Assembly: GCA_963693365.1 (NCBI GenBank)
Contig: CAVNZM010000004.1
Span: forward strand, 4,457,447 to 4,521,446
Reading direction: 5' to 3'
DNA: 64,000 nucleotides
Origin: Amoebidium appalachense
Lineage: Eukaryota > Protista > Ichthyosporea
In this document: positions 1-50,224 of the stretch, piece after piece
Numbering within the stretch: position 1 is the stretch's first letter
How the letters are laid out: each line of letters begins with the position of its first letter
Made by a program: the position numbers and the translations under genes
The notes under the pieces: model-generated
What the model saw: only the letters and a program-made list of their open reading frames with translations
Database searches by the model: none
Told to the model about the DNA's origin: nothing

Positions 1-187
1 TCCGTACCACAAACTTTCTCTTTTTATAACTTGAAATACCTGTGGCCCAATTCGGGTCTCACGCCACTCAGTGCAGCAAAATCTAATCGAATAAAAAGAT
101 GCCAGAGTTCTAGTTTTGGTGGTTTCAGTTGTTATGCGCATGGCCACGTACCCACCTTTGGAAGCTTTGCATCATCGGTGCCCTGTG

Positions 188-14178
<13,991 letters not shown>

Positions 14179-14199
14179 ATTAAAGGTCTTTCACCCAGG

Positions 14200-15250
14200 A
14201 ATTTTAACATATAGGTAGGGCAAATAAACGACAAGAAAGATGATACTAAAACATCCTGTGAATGTCCCCTGCTCTGTTCATCGGCGTCGCCCTACAATTG
14301 CCAACATTCGGGCAGTTTTTCGCAGCTCATTTCCTGCTCAGCGCAACTCGCTGCCATGCAAATGGAGACGCAGCCCTCTCCAGTTTAATTATCTTTGGTT
14401 CCTTAGATTTTCAGCTTTATGCCAAGCCTTTCACGGTATTTGCAAGGAAATGCGACCGGCTTGTTCAATGGAGCCCAAATTCCCTGCTAGTATACGTCAC
14501 ACTGTGAGTCTGTGACTGTGTCTGGCACCAAGGATGATGAAGTGCATCCCATGGGTGCATGAAGGGAAATTTGAATTTTGAATTTGAAAGGTGCCAGACA
14601 AACATTTGATTGGCTAAAAATGAACCAATAAGTTTCTGTAATTGGTTAACTAAAGCACCAATTTTGGTAACTTGAATCACCGCAAACTATTTGCGTGGGT
14701 TTATTCAGAAAATAGACATTTTTTATTGTATCGTTTCAATATAATTCACGAAAAAGGGGTTTTTAGCTCCTGCTTTTCCGTTATTTGGGTGTTAGGAGAT
14801 TCCGGGTACAGTGCCGAGCAGCTCTGCCGGGCAGTCCGACCGGGCAGGCGGTGACCTTGTTCAGCAGCTTTGTTGGGACTTGAAAGCAAGCCTTCCTCCT
14901 TCAACTTTGGTGGTGGCTAGAGTCTCCCGAGGTGTCAAAAATGCTTCCGAGTTTTTATTTCTAATGGATTGTTATGGTTAAGTTTTACATGTTATTGCAC
15001 GGTAAAACGTAGCCTTCTCGTACGAGTTACATGTCGTGACTTGCATTGCTGACGGGATCACAGTACCCGGCTTCAACTGGTCGGTGAGAACGTAGGGGTT
15101 GCTTGCTGAGCTAGTTTTTCAGGATCAAGGGTTAGGGTGTAAAATTTCTTTTTTGGAAACGACCAAACATGGCCGTTTTATAAATGTTTCATCCTTGCAT
15201 GACGCCTTGTAAAGGGCACAACCTTGGGTCCTCTGACTGTGTGTTCAAGT
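14200..15250. promoter_or_regulatory. Putative bidirectional promoter between the YkgJ-like gene and the kinase gene; CCAAT boxes
   Basis: Microsatellite-free interval between divergent start codons; TGATTGGCT at ~14608, CCAAT at ~14626, ATTGG at ~14641. Confidence 0.5.
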
Positions 15251-15263
15251 TTCTTTTCTCGCC

Positions 15264-31831
<16,568 letters not shown>

Positions 31832-32431
31832 GACCATGGTCTGAGGTTCAACTTGGGTGTGTGCGTAGTTGTGGGCTGCGATTGAGACGTTTATAAATGC
31901 GCGTAGAGAATTCCCAGAAAATTTAGTGTACATTTCATGTAGTATAACGGTATCAACGTACACACTGGTGTATATGCGATTTTATCTGTGATCATCTGGT
32001 ACTTAACACGTATGCATATTTCTTTGTCCTTGTCTCTTTTTTTTTTTAAGTATGTCTTGTTGCCTCTCTCTTTGTTGTTTTTCTTGTCCGCGCGGGGATA
32101 ACGTTGGGTGTGGGGGAGAGTGGTGGAACATCGAATCCAGCAGACAGGTTAAGGATAATGGTGTGTACATAATAGGTATGCTGCTTGATTATTGCTGATT
32201 GATGTGTGGGATTACAGCAGTTCGGCCTTTGGCCGCATGCGCATGAAATTCAATGAAAGACGATGTGAAACGTGCGTACGTAATAATCAGGGAAAAAGAC
32301 AAAGATAAAGATGTCTTGTCGAGTGAAGCTAGTGTCGGTGCAAGGGATATGTATGTAGGACATTGATTTCTAATAAAACGTCTGTTTACATTTATTATAT
32401 AACATCCGATTCGGCCCGTGACAACACAACT

Positions 32432-32464
<33 letters not shown>

Positions 32465-32489
32465 GAGGGGGGGGGAAAGAGACCGTCGA

Positions 32490-32539
32490 GTTTGAAACTT
32501 CTTCAAACACAACACAAAAGGGCGGGGGAAGAGGTGTGT

Positions 32540-32570
<31 letters not shown>

Positions 32571-32964
32571 GGGGGGGGGGGAGGAGGGGGGGAGGGAGAG
32601 GGGGGGGGGGGGTCAAATTGGTGAACCATTTTCAAACACAACACAAAGGAAGAGGGGGATCGGGAGCTTTTTGAAACATCGGCTAAACGGCAACTCAGGG
32701 GGGCCGGAGCTCCCGGGGGGGGGGGGGGGGAGCCGCGGGTGGGGCTTGAAACATCTTTAAACACAACTCAAAGGCAGGGGGGGGGGAAGAAGGGGAGGGA
32801 GGGGGGGGGGGGGGGGGGGGGGGGAGGGGGAGCTTCCTGAAAACCGCCGAAAACACAAATCAGGGGAAGGAGGGGGGGGAGAAGGGGGGGGGGGGGGGGG
32901 GGGGGGGGGGGGAAGGACTTTGAAACATCTTCAAACACAACACAAAAGCGCAGGGTGGAGGGAA

Positions 32965-33017
<53 letters not shown>

Positions 33018-33120
33018 AGGACTTTGAAACACCTTCAAATTCAACACAAAAGCGCAGGGTAGAGGGAGGGGGGGGGGGGGGGGGGGGGGGTTCTTGAAAC
33101 CTCTTCAAACACATCTCAAT
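32490..33120. repeat. Array of ~8 degenerate TTTGAAACATCTTCAAACACAACACAAAAG units separated by poly-G
   Basis: Units at ~32491, 32620, 32670, 32745, 32836, 32919, 33023 and 33093, between the convergent 3' ends of the kinase and protease genes. Confidence 0.8.
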
Positions 33121-33238
33121 AATTCCACAGGTTGGCTGATGACAGCAATGCAAGCACCGTAATACATGTTAGGCATGCAGTAAACGGTCAAGAGGCTAAA
33201 AGAGAGCAAGAGCGGAAGACGGCCCAGGGAGGAGTTGT

Positions 33239-33289
<51 letters not shown>

Positions 33290-33753
33290 GGCGACATCGA
33301 GCAAGAAAAACTCGACCCTTTCCCTTATAAACTTAAACCAGACTCGTTTGCACTCTCCTTGAGTACTAATCTACATATTTTATTACAATATATACTCAAA
33401 TAACCCCAGGCAATGCACTACACGGGGGCTGACAGCGTCCCTCTATTAGTCCGATTGCAACCTCTCTAAGGCGAAAACGAACTAAGGGACAGCCTGACAA
33501 GGACATCATTAGACTGCAGACCAGGCAGCCAAACAAAAAAAGCCAATCGTGACCACATATGGCATATATACTTACAGGCCCAGCCACAACTGCACCCAGC
33601 TTGACAGGGTGGGCCACTGGGCGAGCAATCATCACCCACTACCAGCCCTCCCCCCGCCCCACCTTAAATAGTATCCTTTGGACTTCAACACACGTCTACA
33701 TTCGGCCTCTACGGAACATTCAAAACCGTCCAAAATCAACCTAACCTTAGCTT

Positions 33754-35894
<2,141 letters not shown>

Positions 35895-35972
35895 AATGGA
35901 GTTTTGGGTCCCTGGGTACGTTGACACGGTGATATTCCCCGTATCCAACTGAGTGTTTTTGAACGCTGCTCG

Positions 35973-35981
35973 CTTTATATA
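35973..35981 (-). promoter_or_regulatory. TATA box (TATATAAAG) of the aspartic protease gene
   Basis: About 80 nt upstream of the ATG on the minus strand, with CCAAT/ATTGG motifs at ~36029 and ~36082. Confidence 0.6.
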
Positions 35982-35999
35982 GACGGCCCTCAAAACAAA

Positions 36000-36900
36000 A
36001 TGCAGTCCTGCGCCACAATGATTTTTTACCAATCAAAAGCTTTTCAGAAAGCAGAAAAAGCAGCAATGTAGATAGTTTTTCATTGGTCAAAACTGAAATC
36101 GTTTAGCTATAAAAGGCTAGTGTCTACTGTGAAGTAAAGGGTGGCAATGGAAACTGAAACAGCGAGTAAACTTGAAGTCCTCATTTTAACCTTAAGATTA
36201 TTGTACAGCTATTTTTTTTAAACAAAAATAAACAAAATAGTTTTGAGCTTAATATAATACTTTATTTATTATTAACTGAAAGTGGTATTCTCACAAAGCC
36301 CGTTGTTTAGGTTTTGATGACGTTAGGAAAATTGTGTCAGTTTGAACGTCATTGGTTTTGTGATTGGCTAACAATGCTGAGCCATCTACATCCTGGAATG
36401 TGGTCTTAGCTTTATGCGTTTGAAAACTTAGATACCCAATGCGACATGTTTAATTGGTTGCTTGAGCATTTACGCTCACTAACTAGCTTTATACTTTAGC
36501 ATATCATACTATTTATATGTCGGCTTTGTTCCCTGGTTGCGTACCCAATCCGTTGGCGCAAAGGTGAGCCTGGTGTCAGCATTTCCATTATGATTTATCG
36601 AAAAAACGCTCTCTTTTTCGTTTTAGAAACTTTTTATAATTATTTATGCGTTCCACTGCTGTTTAAGGTTCATAATGCATTAGAAGATGGAGAGAAGCTA
36701 GTGCTCAAACTTTCAGGAGATAACACGATTTCTGAGACCCAAAAATGGCAGATTCCTTACTTTTTTGCTTTTCATCTATACACCATTTCATTGGTTTAAA
36801 AGGTCATACCTTACTTATTATTGGTTCATGGTTGTTGTCGCGCGAAAACGCGGCAAAACGTTTAGCCTTCGGATACGATAATTGGTCCTGACTCCACAGG
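36000..36900. promoter_or_regulatory. Putative bidirectional promoter between the aspartic protease and the papain-like hydrolase
   Basis: Repeat-free, AT-rich divergent interval with at least six CCAAT/ATTGG motifs (~36029, 36082, 36351, 36363, 36454, 36546). Confidence 0.5.
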
Positions 36901-37274
36901 TGACTTGGCCTGCTTTTTGCGTCGAAGGGAGAAACAACTGAGTTCACAGCCTACACGCCTGTGTTTTCAGAGTTTTCTGTGTGTGACTGTGGGTCCGTGT
37001 GTCAGTTTGGAAAATGTAAGGTTTTTCTGTTTTTTCTGGAGGAAATAAGACGAAGAAGAATCTGCCTTCCTAGCTTTCACAAGCGAAACATCCATCCACA
37101 CGGTCGGAGCATTTTGTGTTAGCATAGATGTGTCAAGCTGTTTGCTTCCTTTCTGCCTCACGACATTTCCAAACCGGGAGTTCCCCCTGCTCCCAGAAGT
37201 TTTCGGAGTGAATTTTCCATTTCTGTGTTAGTTGATGGCGATATGCATCCAGTAAAGGCTCTGGGACCGCAGTC

Positions 37275-39055
37275 ATGGTGAGTTTATAGGGCTGTTGGCT
37301 GCCCTCTCCCTCCCATGAATGGATGGGGAACTGCTGTTTGCAAAAGATCCTGTTTTTCTTTTTAAGCTACTTTCTCTGTGGTTGTAGCCTCAGATATCCA
37401 GTTGGAAATATAAGATTAGAAATACTGTCATTAAACATTTAGTTTATTTCTCTAGATCTGAAAGAAGATTCGGATCCACGGTGTATATAGAGCTTTGCCG
37501 TGTACAACAGGTTGTTACCGGTACCACTTTCGTATGCAAGGGAGTCGAAAGGTCATGAGTATTAAGCATATGCCAGAGACAGCCTAGTGATGCAAATCTT
37601 GCAAGCAGGTTGTGATCAACAACTTCGTAGCTACCGAGGAAGAGCTTGGAGAGAGGGTGGTGGAGGCTGAGCTTGTCAAAGTTCCCCTAGGTATGCTTGA
37701 CACCCTGTGTTCAAGCCGAATCTAACCAACTAGCAAGAAACCCGAACGTTTTTTTAGATTTGACCTCTGGAACAGACATTGATTGTCACACTCCTCTGGT
37801 TCTTCCGTGCTTTAAAGATCTTGAAGATTGAATGGCATGTATTTTTCTTTGGGACTCTTGATCATCTAGTTGAAAATCTTGACTAAATTGCTACTCAACC
37901 GCTTCTGTTTGTCAGATCTGTTGCTTGTGCTCCCCCTTGTGTGTTGTCTGTGTTCAGCCTCCCCTTCTCGCCCAGCCCCAGCCTTCCATATTCGAACAAT
38001 ATAGCAACAAAGGAGTATACAGAAACTTGTCTCCCCCCCCCCCCCCCCCCCCCCCCCCTCCCCTCGTGTACTTCGTGGTCTGTAACACGATTAACCCTCC
38101 CCTACCCCCCCCATGCTCCTTCTAATAGGCACCCACTCTCTTCACGATCCACCGAATATTAGCTGGGTCACACAGCCCCACGTATCTCTCCTCCCCACCT
38201 CCCCCCCCCCCCCCCCTTCCCCCCCCTCCGCCATGGGGACCCTCCCTTGCTCACTCTCCTTGTCCCCACTTTGGAGTGGGAAAGAAGCAAGCCCCCTCCC
38301 CCCCCCTCCACTCCCCCCTCCCCCCCCCCCCCCTCCCCCTCTCTCCTCCTTTTCCTCCTCCTCCCCTGCCTCTCTCCCCGTCTGGGGTTGAGGAATTAAA
38401 CGCCTCTGAATTAAACTCTTAATGCGGGTGTTCTGTTTCCAGGAACCGATCTGGTGCAGTTGACCAACCCTGTGGTGTCCCTCGTCAACACCGTCACCCA
38501 GGCATGGCAGCGACGGGGGTCCAAGGACAACGGGGGGGTTCAATACGTCGACCACCATTTTGTTCTCCTGACCACAGACACGCACGTGTACTGTCTGCAA
38601 AAGGAGAAGACGGGGAGCATAGTGTTTACGAGGCATGATGATAGGGAGGGAGCCATGTCGGTGGGGAGGCAGTGTGGGGCAAATCCAAACGGGTCGACAA
38701 GGATATTGCAGGTGAGAAGAGGGATAAGGGAGGGAGCGTGGAGAAGGGAGGGGGGAGGGGAAGCTGGGGAGGGGGGTGGGGAGAGAGGTAAAGGGGGTGG
38801 GGTGGGGGGGGGGGGGGGGAAGCGGGGGGGAGGGGGGAGGTAAAGGCATAGGGAGGGGACAGGGGGGAGAGAGAGACAGAGAGAGGGTGGCCGGTTGGGA
38901 GGGAGGGGGGAGAGAGAGAGAGGGTGGGTGGGAAAGGAGGTGGGGCTGGGGGGTTGGGGAGCAGGAGCCGGGGAGAGGGAGGTTTGGGGGGGGGGGGAGG
39001 GGGTGTGGGGGGAAGAGGGGGGGGGGATGGAGGCAGAGGAGAACTGTGTTGTTGT

Positions 39056-39089
<34 letters not shown>

Positions 39090-40674
39090 GGGGGTGGGGG
39101 GGGGGGGGGGGGGGGGGGAGGGATCTTGTGTGTGCCGGATGCATGAGAGGGCAAGGGGGGTTGATTGGGCGTTTGTGATGGCATAGCTGATTGGTGTCAA
39201 CGTGTCGGTGTGGGTATATATATATAGATAGTGTGTGTGTGTGTGTGTTGTGTGCTGTGTGTTGAGGGGGATGGACCCGGAGGGGCGGGGGTGGGGAGGG
39301 GGGGGAGGGGGCGGGGGCATGGTAACGACCGGTGGAGATAGGGGAGGCTCTACCCCCCTCACCCCCTCCCCCCGATCTTCCTTCTCCCCCTTCCTCCCCC
39401 CCCGCCCCCCCCCAATCCCGGAACAATGAGGAGGATGGGATGTGTGTGTGTGGGGGGGGGGGGGGGGGGGGGAGGGAGGGGGGGGGGAGGGGGAAGGATG
39501 GAGGGGGGAAGAAAGGTATGGATGCAGCATACCGAAGTTTGGTTTTGTGCATGATCTGATCTAGTGGTGGTGCAGAGCAAGGCGGGCAAGGCCAGCATCC
39601 ACACCATCATGTATCTGGCTGACAAACAGCCCGCATCATACAGCCTCATCACCGACAACTGCCAGGTTGGTTTTTTTTTTTTTGGGGGGGGGGGGGGGGG
39701 GTTGTTTTTTTTTTTTGGGGGGGGGGGGGGGCCGATGGGAGAGGCTTGTGTGTGTAAAGAAGGGTGTGTGTGCGGGGGGAGGCAAGCGAGGTGGGGAAGG
39801 GTGTGTGGGGGGGAGGGGAGGGGGCATTAGCAGGTTTGGAGGTGTTTTTGTTCTGGGTGGGGAGGGTGGGTGGGAGGGGACTGGGGAGGGGGGGGGGGGG
39901 GGGGGTTATAAGTTTGGTGGATTTGTGTTGTTGTTATTGGGGAGTCAGTTAGCAGTGAAGGGATCTTCACGTAGTTCGGGCAGGTAGATGGGTTGGGCCT
40001 TAGGCCATTCCCTCCTGTGAAGTTTGTGAAAATGTGTGAAGCAGCATGGTGCAATGTGGTAAAGGTTGGTCTGCAAGTTGGAAGGCATGTGCGGAGAGTG
40101 GAACCCGGGCAGGAGATGGTTGTGGTGGAGGGGGAGCGTGTGTGTGTATGTGGGGGGGGGGGGGGAGGGGGGCGGGGAAGAGGGGGGGGGGGGGGGGGGC
40201 TGGGGAGGGGGGAGGGGAAGAGAAGGAAGGGAAGGGGATAGGGAAAACGGCTGTGACAACCGGGCATCTTGGGTGTTAGCTGCAACATAATGCACTGTTA
40301 CATAGTCCTCCCCTTTCCCCTCCCCCCCCCCCCTCTCTCTCCCCCCCCCCCCCCCCCCCCCGCCGCCGCCGCCACCGTCTATCCCGTGCTCCAATGGGCT
40401 CTGTTCATTACGCATAAAATCTGCATTGTGGTTACCGTTGCGAATGTATGCTAAGTGTGCTGTAACGTGTTCTAATCCCCCCCTCCCCTTACCCCCTACC
40501 CCCCCCCCCCCCCCCCTACCCCCAAGAGGGCGCTCCCCAGCCCTACACACACAGGCGCACGCGGGCGCGCGCACACACACACGCAGACACAGACACACAC
40601 ACATACACGCACGCACACACACACACACAAACCCGCAGCATTTTGCTCAGGTAATGTTCAACGACATCGTTTAG
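37275..40674 (+). CDS. Permuted papain-like (PPPDE/LRAT/NlpC-P60-like) thiol hydrolase, ~170 aa
   Basis: Exons 37609-37690 (VVINNFVATEEELGERVVEAELVKVPL), 38443-38711 (...DHHFVLLTTDTHVYCLQKEKTG...), ~39576-39665 (...YSLITDNCQ) and 40639-40674 (HFAQVMFNDIV stop). A His strand followed by YxLxxxNCQHF is the permuted papain signature. The start (ATG|GTGAGT at 37275) is tentative. Confidence 0.7.
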
Positions 40675-42280
40675 CACTCTCTCCTGAGGCCAAGAGGCTT
40701 GTACAGTGTATGATGGTTGTTTTAGCCTATGTACATGTTCAACCTTAAAAAAAAAAGCCATCATTGTGTCTTTGTACATTTTTACATTTCATGCTTGTCT
40801 ACATTTTTACATTTCATGCTTGTCATTTAAAAGACACTTGACAGTTTTCAAAAAAAAATTCGAATGTGGCTAACTGCATAAATTCTGTGATTGTCCAGTG
40901 TTTTTTCAAAATCTTGATGATGCCTTAGATTTCCCGGCCCCTAGGTTACGTGATCTATATTCATATGGTTCTGTAGGTTGAGTTGTTCTCGGATGATGGC
41001 AACATTAGAAATTTCCGGCAATGCAATGAGCAGATATATATCTTGAAAAGAAATTTAAATAACTTCAGTGAAAACTCGTGATGTGAGCGTGTATGTTTCC
41101 TTGGCTGCTAAATTAGCTATGCAAGCTCTGTGTATGACCATTATAGACTTAAGCTAGTTGAATTCCCAGAGGCAAAGCTTCTATCGATGATCGGATTTTG
41201 TAATGACGAAACAAGGATATCAAGGCCATTTTACTCGAATAGTTTTATACACCAGGCACTACACATGTGCGGCACAAGTTTGGTAACTTTTTGGTTCCCA
41301 GGCAACACAGTAGAATCCAATGGTGCTGCATTTATGGCATGGAATTCATTCTGAGATCTGCGTGTGGCCCATATCCGGCTAACGTGATGGTTCACAGGTG
41401 CCGCTAGGTGCAATGCACATGTAAGTTGTATATAGTGTGTGTGGCCCTCTGCATGCATGAATTGGTTTAACCTGATGCATGATCAAAATATATACCCGTG
41501 ATATATGTGAGAAGCGAGTGCATGCCTAGGTGCATTTTGTATACCCTGTGGGTGAACAACTACATAATAACGTGCACGCGATTGTGTACATGTGCACGTG
41601 TGCGTGCAAAAGTACAAACTATTATACCAATCGCAGCACACGTGTTGAGATGTGATTCATGTACATGTAACATGCCTGTGGAATGCATAAGCATGCATGT
41701 GCAGGCGTTGTATACACGCACGTTTACATGCAAGGCACAGAAATTCGCCCGCGCTCGCGGGGAGAGGGGGGGGGGGGGGGGGGATATTCTCCCACTTAAG
41801 CTTAAAATGTCGGTTTTTTTTTGGTTTATAGTTTGACAAGCCACTGAAATCGACACGAGCATTTCACAGGTCGTTTTCTGTATTTTGGGCTGTTCAGCAA
41901 TTCATGCAGAAGGAGTGGTTACTAACGACGAGATGATACTTGCCATTTTGAAAAACCGTCACAACATTTACGGAAATTAAATCAATCAATCGTACACCCA
42001 GTTATTCAATCTTTCATAGACTTCGAGAGAGGTCACTCACACAATCATCATGACACATACACAAAAGCAATATGAACCATTAGAACGTCCTTTGTTCTCC
42101 AAGGAGACGGAAAAAAAAAAGAAAAAGGAGGAAAAAGAAAGAAGGGGCAGGGGTGGTTGGGTGTTGTGGTGGGTGGTGGTGGGGGGAGGGGGGGGGGGGG
42201 GGGACAAGTAGTCGGGAGCGAACCGGCTGCCAAATAACCGCCTTGAGAAAAGGTGCGAGTGTGTGTCTTTTTGTGAGTGC

Positions 42281-42332
<52 letters not shown>

Positions 42333-42507
42333 GTGGTGGGTGCTGTGGAAGTGTGCGTGCATTTTTAGGTGGCCCGTGGCCAGGTCACCCTATGCCAAGG
42401 CTTATCCAATCAATCCACACCAAGACCATTTTAATGAAATACGAAGGGAACATCATGCACAATTACATCAATACGCCATCTACTTTCGACCAAACAAATC
42501 TACCCCT

Positions 42508-46891
<4,384 letters not shown>

Positions 46892-47036
46892 GCCTGTAGA
46901 AAAAAGGGGGGGGGGGGCGGGGGAGGATGGGGGGGGGAGAGGAAGGGGGGAGGGGGAGAAGGGGTGGGGGCGGTAGGGGGAGGAGGAAAGGGGGGGTCCG
47001 GAGTTAGAATGAGTTATGGGGGGATGGGTGAGGACG

Positions 47037-47070
<34 letters not shown>

Positions 47071-48386
47071 TCGGGGGAGCGGCGGATGGAGAGGTAGAAT
47101 GTCGTTATGGAGGGGAAGGGAGAGGGGGGGAGGAGATGCAGGGGGGATGACGGGTGTGTGTGTTTGTGCTAAGGAGAGGAAGGGGGGGGGGGGGAGGGGG
47201 TATGTGTTAAATGCTATATCAACATTTCAACATGATGAGGAAGGGGTGTGGTTTAGGTGTCTTTTTTCTTTTTTTTTTGCCGGAAGGGGGGGGGGGGGAG
47301 GGGGGGGGGGAGGATACTATGACACTTCCAAAAAAAAACCCCAAGGACAAAAGGACTATCCAGTAACGACTCGTATACCCATTTACGAACTGAGACGGAG
47401 GAGGGGGGGGGGGGAGGACGGAAAGCATGAAACAAAAAGGTGTGAAAGGGGAAACAGCATACAATGCACTGTTGACGAAACATAGCACACACGGAGGGAG
47501 GCGAATGGTCCAATTGGCGTGCCAAAGACAATATGGAAAGAAAAACTGTTCTAAAACAAAGGGAGGGAAAGACGGAGCAAACAAGATGCACACAGTACGA
47601 GTCAAAAGGATCAGACCGTGGATCGTCTAGAGAGGTGTTTTAGAAATACCAAAGGAAAGGGCGTGTATTTGTAACCAACAAGGTGGGGGGACGGGGGGGA
47701 GAGAGTTAGTGGGAAGGGGAGGTAGAAGGGGCCAGGGGAGGGGTCGCGGGGGGCGGGGGGGGGGGGGGGGGGGGGGGGGGTAAAGTGTGTAGGTGCACAC
47801 ACGAACAGGGGAAGAGAGGTTGAGGACCGTTTGGAAGAAAAAGCACAGGCTGTAAGGACCCGGCCGGAAGGGGGGGGGGGTGGGGGGGGGGGGGATGGGT
47901 TAGAGGCTGAAGGGGTCGGGGTGGCGAGGGGGGGGGGAGGGGAGGGAGGGGGAGAGCGGAGAGGTGGGTGGGTGGGCGGGGGGGCGGGGGGGAGAATCTA
48001 GGATATTCAAAAGTGAGCCGCAGCATAAAGGACGCTGGTAAGACCGTGCAAGGTGTGACCCACGGGAAAACAAACGACAGGAAAAAGATCACAGGCCAGC
48101 ACAGAGTCACATCGGCAGGGCACAAAAGCATGCTTCAACGAACACAGAGACTTGAACGTGAAATGAAGGATCACAGATAATAAACTATAATTTGTATGGA
48201 CGTGTAGATTGACTGCCTCGGAGGAAACCGGGAAGCCTGGGGTGAATCTAGATGTTGCACGCAGGGTCGGGTGCTAAACAAATCTTGTACTTTGAGACGT
48301 TCAAACGAAACAGGGGGTGAGGGAGTGAGTGGGTAGACAGTCGGGCGGGTGGGCGGGCGGGCGGGCAGGCGGGCGGGCGTGTGTGT

Positions 48387-48434
<48 letters not shown>

Positions 48435-48827
48435 TGGGGGGGGTAGGGGGGGGGGGGGGGGGGGGGGGGTTGGTGGTTAAGTAACGAACAATGGGGTGGT
48501 AACCAAGGAAACACTGCAACCACGTTGGTGCTATATCCCCAACCCCACCTACCGAAGATCAAGGGTAGAGCAGGGGCACCTGCTTGGTGTCACTCTTCTC
48601 ACCGTTTCTCCCTTGACTTAAACCTCCTGCTCTCAGCAATCACCGTTCGGATCACACTACGCATGTAGCAAGCCTTCTATTCTAGCCACTGATGATAACG
48701 CATTACTTAGCTCTATCCTCTCAGCAGGGGCTCTCAGCTGTTTTGTTTTTCCGGGAGCTGAGCCGAAATACCTGCCAAATATGGCAAGTCGAAAATGAAT
48801 GACGTCTCATCCACTCTGCCACCGGCC

Positions 48828-48859
<32 letters not shown>

Positions 48860-49057
48860 GAGAGAAGAACGGATGGCGGCTCAATATATGTATGTATGTT
48901 GTGTTGAACATGCTTTGGAGAGTGCACATCATGTGCATCACATTTACGTCTCGAATAATTACGGAAATCACCAGTACACCAGTCCGCCGTATGTAGGCTA
49001 AGCTTCATCATTGGCATGCATACACATGCGCGCGCGCACACACACAACACACACACA

Positions 49058-49105
<48 letters not shown>

Positions 49106-50224
49106 TACACACACTTACGAGCATATCCCGGACTCCGTGTACTAATAACATTGTATGCCCCCAAGTACGTGAGCCTTTCAATGCATGCATATGCGTCTGA
49201 CGTCTGAGTCATGCACGTGCGTAACCGAGGGGAAGGCCCCAAGGGAGAGAGGGGTGAGAGGGGTGAGGGTGGGGGATGTGGAGATGTGGGGTGGGGGGGT
49301 GGGGGTTGGGGTGGGGTGGGGGGGGGGGACCAGGGGTTGTGACGGAAAACACGGGCGGATTTTGCCCATGACATAGCACTCACGCGAATATCCATATCAT
49401 ACCGAGTCTATCCTCGAGGTGGCTACAAAAATTAGTTATCTCATAGTACATAGTATCCGACATTCAACGTAGTCATACGAAACAATCCCAGTTCTAGCAT
49501 ACTACTTCCCCGTGGAAATTTGCATGGGGGAGGGGGGGGGGGGGGGTTTGCTGAATGGAAGTAAACCGTCCGGTCCCCTGTCTGAAGTGAAGAAATAAGT
49601 CCTAGAGTTGCATAACAGTTAGGTAAGCAGTTTTGCTTTTATTTTCGATCATCAGCTAAAGGATTTATATATGTGCTCGAAAACCTCCGTACATGTACAA
49701 AACAGAACAGTGTCGGGGAGTTAGAAGCCAGACCTACACTAGATTCTAGATTTTTTTACTGCTGCCTGTACGCGAGGCTGCCGATTTTCGGTATGTTTCA
49801 TTGTGTATATCATGTGTCATATATTCACATATATTTATCTCATATTTATATAGTCAGAAGATTAGACGACACGTATCCTCTTAAAACTTTTAACTATCAC
49901 AACGTGTGGCAGTTCAAAGTATGAAAACGGAAAAAATATGCAAGCACGACCACGTGCAGGATAAAAAGAAGCACTCAGCACCGTCAGCAGCGCATCTCCA
50001 ACACCTCACGTCCAAAGCAAAAACTACCCCCCCACCCCCCCCTCCTAACATCACTCCTCCTCATCCCCCCTTCCCCCCCCCCTTCCCCCCCCCCTCCCCC
50101 TAAAACCACCATTCGTCACACTAATCCCTCGACCCCCCCCCCCCCCCCCCCCCCCCTCCCTCCCCCTTCACCTTGGCCCAGACCACATTCACTCCTTCAT
50201 TCACACAAGCTTACTAAATGTGTT

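Noticed and set aside
32490-33120. CRISPR array (repeat with hairpin plus spacers)
   Set aside because: Repeats are degenerate, spacers are poly-G of irregular length, there are no cas genes, and the context is eukaryotic.
40775-40825. 25-bp direct duplication (and a 21-bp one at ~50610-50651)
   Set aside because: Two-copy local slippage events in non-coding DNA with no further structure.
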